A DNA stretch of 63,516 nt, counting the filler, from Rhabdomonas costata (lineage: Eukaryota), in assembly GCA_019059605.1 (NCBI GenBank). It is 40 parts of 40 records of this genome, joined end to end, with 100 filler letters (N's around TTAATTAATTAA, not from the genome) between each part and the next. Parts side by side here need not be neighbours in the genome. Positions count along the whole stretch, not along the records: positions 60,439 to 61,927 come from JAHMHO010014650.1; positions 62,028 to 63,516 come from JAHMHO010014651.1; 38 more parts are not named here. One strand, 5' to 3'. How positions within the stretch are numbered: the first letter of the stretch is position 1; each line of letters begins with the position of its first letter. This document shows positions 60,633-63,516 of this stretch, one piece after another. The notes under the pieces were generated by a model that saw only the letters and a list, made by a program, of their open reading frames with translations, was not told the origin of the DNA and did no database searches. The position numbers were made by a program, and so were the translations under genes.

Positions 60633-63516
60633 CGGAGGTGCAAGGGGGGCGGACCTGAACTGCGGAGCGCGCGGGCGGCGTGCCGCCCCCGATGACGAAG
60701 ATGAAGGACTGCAGCGCCAACCGCCTGCACTCGCCTGGCATGCGCCATCGCCGCCATTGTGGGGACGCAGCTGGCGGCCTCGGCCGCAATCTGCTGCAGC
60801 CAGTTCGAGCCCCATAGCGAGGTTGCAAGCGAGACCACCGTGCAGGACGATGATGCTGTGAATGCGGTGGACCCTGTAATCTGGGACTCCGCGTGTATTG
60901 TAGACTCAGTCCTCCGAAATGTTTTTGCTGTACTCCCACTCCCCTTACGCACTGGTCACTCTTTACAGTCACAGCCTTACCACTCTTTTGCCCTGCAGGA
61001 GTGTGCTCCCCGCAGTTGATGTGAGGGAGCTCTGCACACGTCTCCTGTACCACCTTCCGGCTTGTCATCCCGTATTGTTCCTTGTTGTGCGTGCTGTTTG
61101 CTGTTTGCCATTTACACCAGGGTCTTTCACTGAAAAGTGGTGATGCTGTGAGGTGAAAAAATAATCCTGAAAAAGTAACAGAAACCAATGTTTGAAAGGA
61201 AGCACTGAAAATGGCATCCTTTGCGCTTGTTTTGTGGTGCCCTTCGTCGAATTAGCAGCACCCCGCTAGTTTTGTTTGTTCGTTTTCATTTTTTGTGCTT
61301 ATACTATTCTGGTTGATTCCCACTTGATGGAATCCCCTCCGCTGCGCTGTAGCGCGGCTCCCAGCGGTCTTGGTCTTGTCAAGCTGCCTCGCTTTGCACG
61401 TTCGAGAACATTTTCGCCTGTCTTGGTGCAGAGTGATGAAGGTCCTTACTGCTTTCAAAGTGTTCCAAGTTTGCACACACCAGAAATGGGTGTTTCTGAC
61501 GTTACCATCACGCTTTCCTACTCGAGTTGACCACGGCCCAGGGACTTCAGATTCAATAGTCTTTACCAGTAGTTTTTGCAGGGCCAGCTTGTCTGCTAAA
61601 GTATTCTGAAAAAGAGGCCCAGTGGTTCAAGAAGTGTGTGAAGGGGCCAAGGAGGTGTAAGGTCTCGTGCTGCACATGCCGTAAACTCCCACCAAAAATT
61701 AGCGGCAAACTAAGTACATGCCGTGGCGGAATCCTGATCTTTCTTTCCCTCAGATGACTTTCTCCCCTCGTACCTCCAGTTTCCGAAGGGGCTGACCGTC
61801 TTTGCGGGGGTGAAGAAGCAGACCCCTCTGCTTCCACTGCAAGCCGACGGCAACGCAAAAGCCGAGGTGCTTCTTGAGGAGCGGTGTCCAGTCATTCGGG
61901 GAAGCGGCGAATGACTGAACACCACACNNNNNNNNNNNNNNNNNNNNNNNNNNNNNNNNNNNNNNNNNNNNTTAATTAATTAANNNNNNNNNNNNNNNNN
62001 NNNNNNNNNNNNNNNNNNNNNNNNNNNGGGTTTTGGGCAAACTGAGAGGTTGGAATTGATACCTCGAGCGGAAGACGATCCCATCGCAGCAGAGGCCACC
62101 GCGGAGGCGGGGACCCGGGAAGACCGAACCCGTCTGCCCTCCACAGAGTCGGTGTCCTGAATATATTTGGACTATAGGAAAGGCTGAGGCGTGCCTCACG
62201 GGTGCATTGGATGCCAGCGGCGGAATTGAGGAGCTGTTTACCCACTGTTTCTCAGCTGTGCCGTTTTCTCGGTCAGAACGGCGGGTGTCCGCAATGGGAC
62301 CCCAGCTGCTGAAAAAGCGCGGAATTCCAGGCGAGGTGACCGGGCTTCCAGTTTTGAATTCGCAAAAAACATCGCTGGAAACGCAGCACGGCGCATTTAT
62401 TTGCGCATGTGTGTATGCATGGGTCGTCACCGGCCACCGGCCACCAGTGGGGCTGTCGTCCCCGCACATCTTTGGACCATAGCCCTTTCCAGATCAATCG
62501 GAGGTTTTAGAGGAGAAGAGCAAGTGAGTGAGTGAAGGAGAAAAGCAGAGATGAACTGAAAACTGACAGAGTTGGGGGTTGGGGGGGGGGAGGAACAACC
62601 TCTCCACCCGCTGGCTTCGGCTTGGACGCTCGCAGCTCAGTGGTTGTCTTGGGGATCTGAGGAAGCCACCGGCCCTCCTTCCCTCCCAAACACTAAAATT
62701 GGGTGCCTTCACCTCAAAAGGAGGCTCAGCGCGGCGAGGCTCAGGCTCATGGAATGCTTCGTGCACATAAAGCGTGATTGACTTACGACTTTTCTATCTT
62801 TCTGAAAGCCTGATCGTCCATAGGTGTCTGGAGGGCGATTAACCCCACACCCCCTCATCGATTTTGATCTATACTTAAAAAGTAGGCTGAAATACGGTGT
62901 GACGAGTGTTTTACGGATGGAGGGGGGTGGACCCGTTCAGCTTTGCCAAAAGGTGAGGAGCAGTTTGGCCTTGCGATGCCTTTTCTCTGTATCTCAGTGG
63001 AGAATTCTGGCAGGCTGGAATCAATTTCGCCTTGGGCTTCAGCGGACAAGAGGGACACTTCCTTTGAGCGCGCCAGTTTGCGGCGGAGCCCCGGAGCTGG
63101 TGCCTGAGGCGGGAAGGTTGCCTGGGTAGGGCGTGGAGGTGGAGTTTTGAGCTTTCCTGGAAGTCTAAAGTGATTAGCGTGGCATTCTGGAGGGGGAGGG
63201 GGCAGATCCCCTCCCAGCATATTTTTGTAGTTTTGTACATAGCTTTGTTGTCCGACCCATAGCTTTTTTTTTCTTCAGCAAACTGATCCTTCCGCCCGCT
63301 CGGCGTTTGGCGGCCACCAAAGGTCCAACCACTGCTAAAAAAAGGAGCCCCAGAAAGAAACGACCCAAAGTTGAGAGAACATGTGTGTGTGTGGGGAGAG
63401 CATGCCCGTGTGGGGGAGCTGTAGCGTGGCGGCGTGGACGCCACCGCGGACCGCGCCGCAACCGCCTCGCGCACCGAGCCGGGCACTAGCCCACCGCCCC
63501 CACCCAACCCAAAACA

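Noticed and set aside
1493-62027. Regularly spaced TTAATTAATTAA repeats as a CRISPR-like or biological array
   Set aside because: They are embedded in N padding and form an artificial six-frame-stop linker.
1-63516. Most ORFs in the supplied track, and any operon-like gene neighbourhood
   Set aside because: They are chance ORFs in GC-rich intronic DNA. The real genes are spliced, and the contigs are unlinked.

Overview
This window is not one locus. It is 40 unrelated ~1.49-kb contigs joined by 39 artificial 100-bp linkers (N44-TTAATTAATTAA-N44), so adjacency across linkers means nothing and most listed ORFs are spurious. Most contigs come from a GC-rich, intron-dense, flagellated eukaryote (probably a protist). 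Spliced exons can be read for PRP19, GGPP synthase, a formin FH2 domain, a DNAH2-like axonemal dynein heavy chain, an ERG8-type phosphomevalonate kinase, USP7, a kinesin motor, PDS5, and PH, RRM, EF-hand, EGF and Cys-rich surface proteins. Most interesting: (1) an AT-rich, intronless contig (22276-23763) that looks like a Polinton-like virus or virophage fragment. It has an adenain-type protease, a short, degenerate A32-like P-loop ATPase split at an A8 run, and an identical 20-bp motif upstream of two start codons. (2) A dispersed repeat in the PRP19 intron bracketed by two degenerate direct repeats whose consensus reads as a type III hammerhead ribozyme (retrozyme- or Penelope-like), carrying a nested second repeat. 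(3) A decayed GIY-YIG endonuclease consistent with a Penelope-like element. (4) A non-coding, densely hairpinned contig (49309-50798). All homology calls come from motif recognition by eye; no searches were run.
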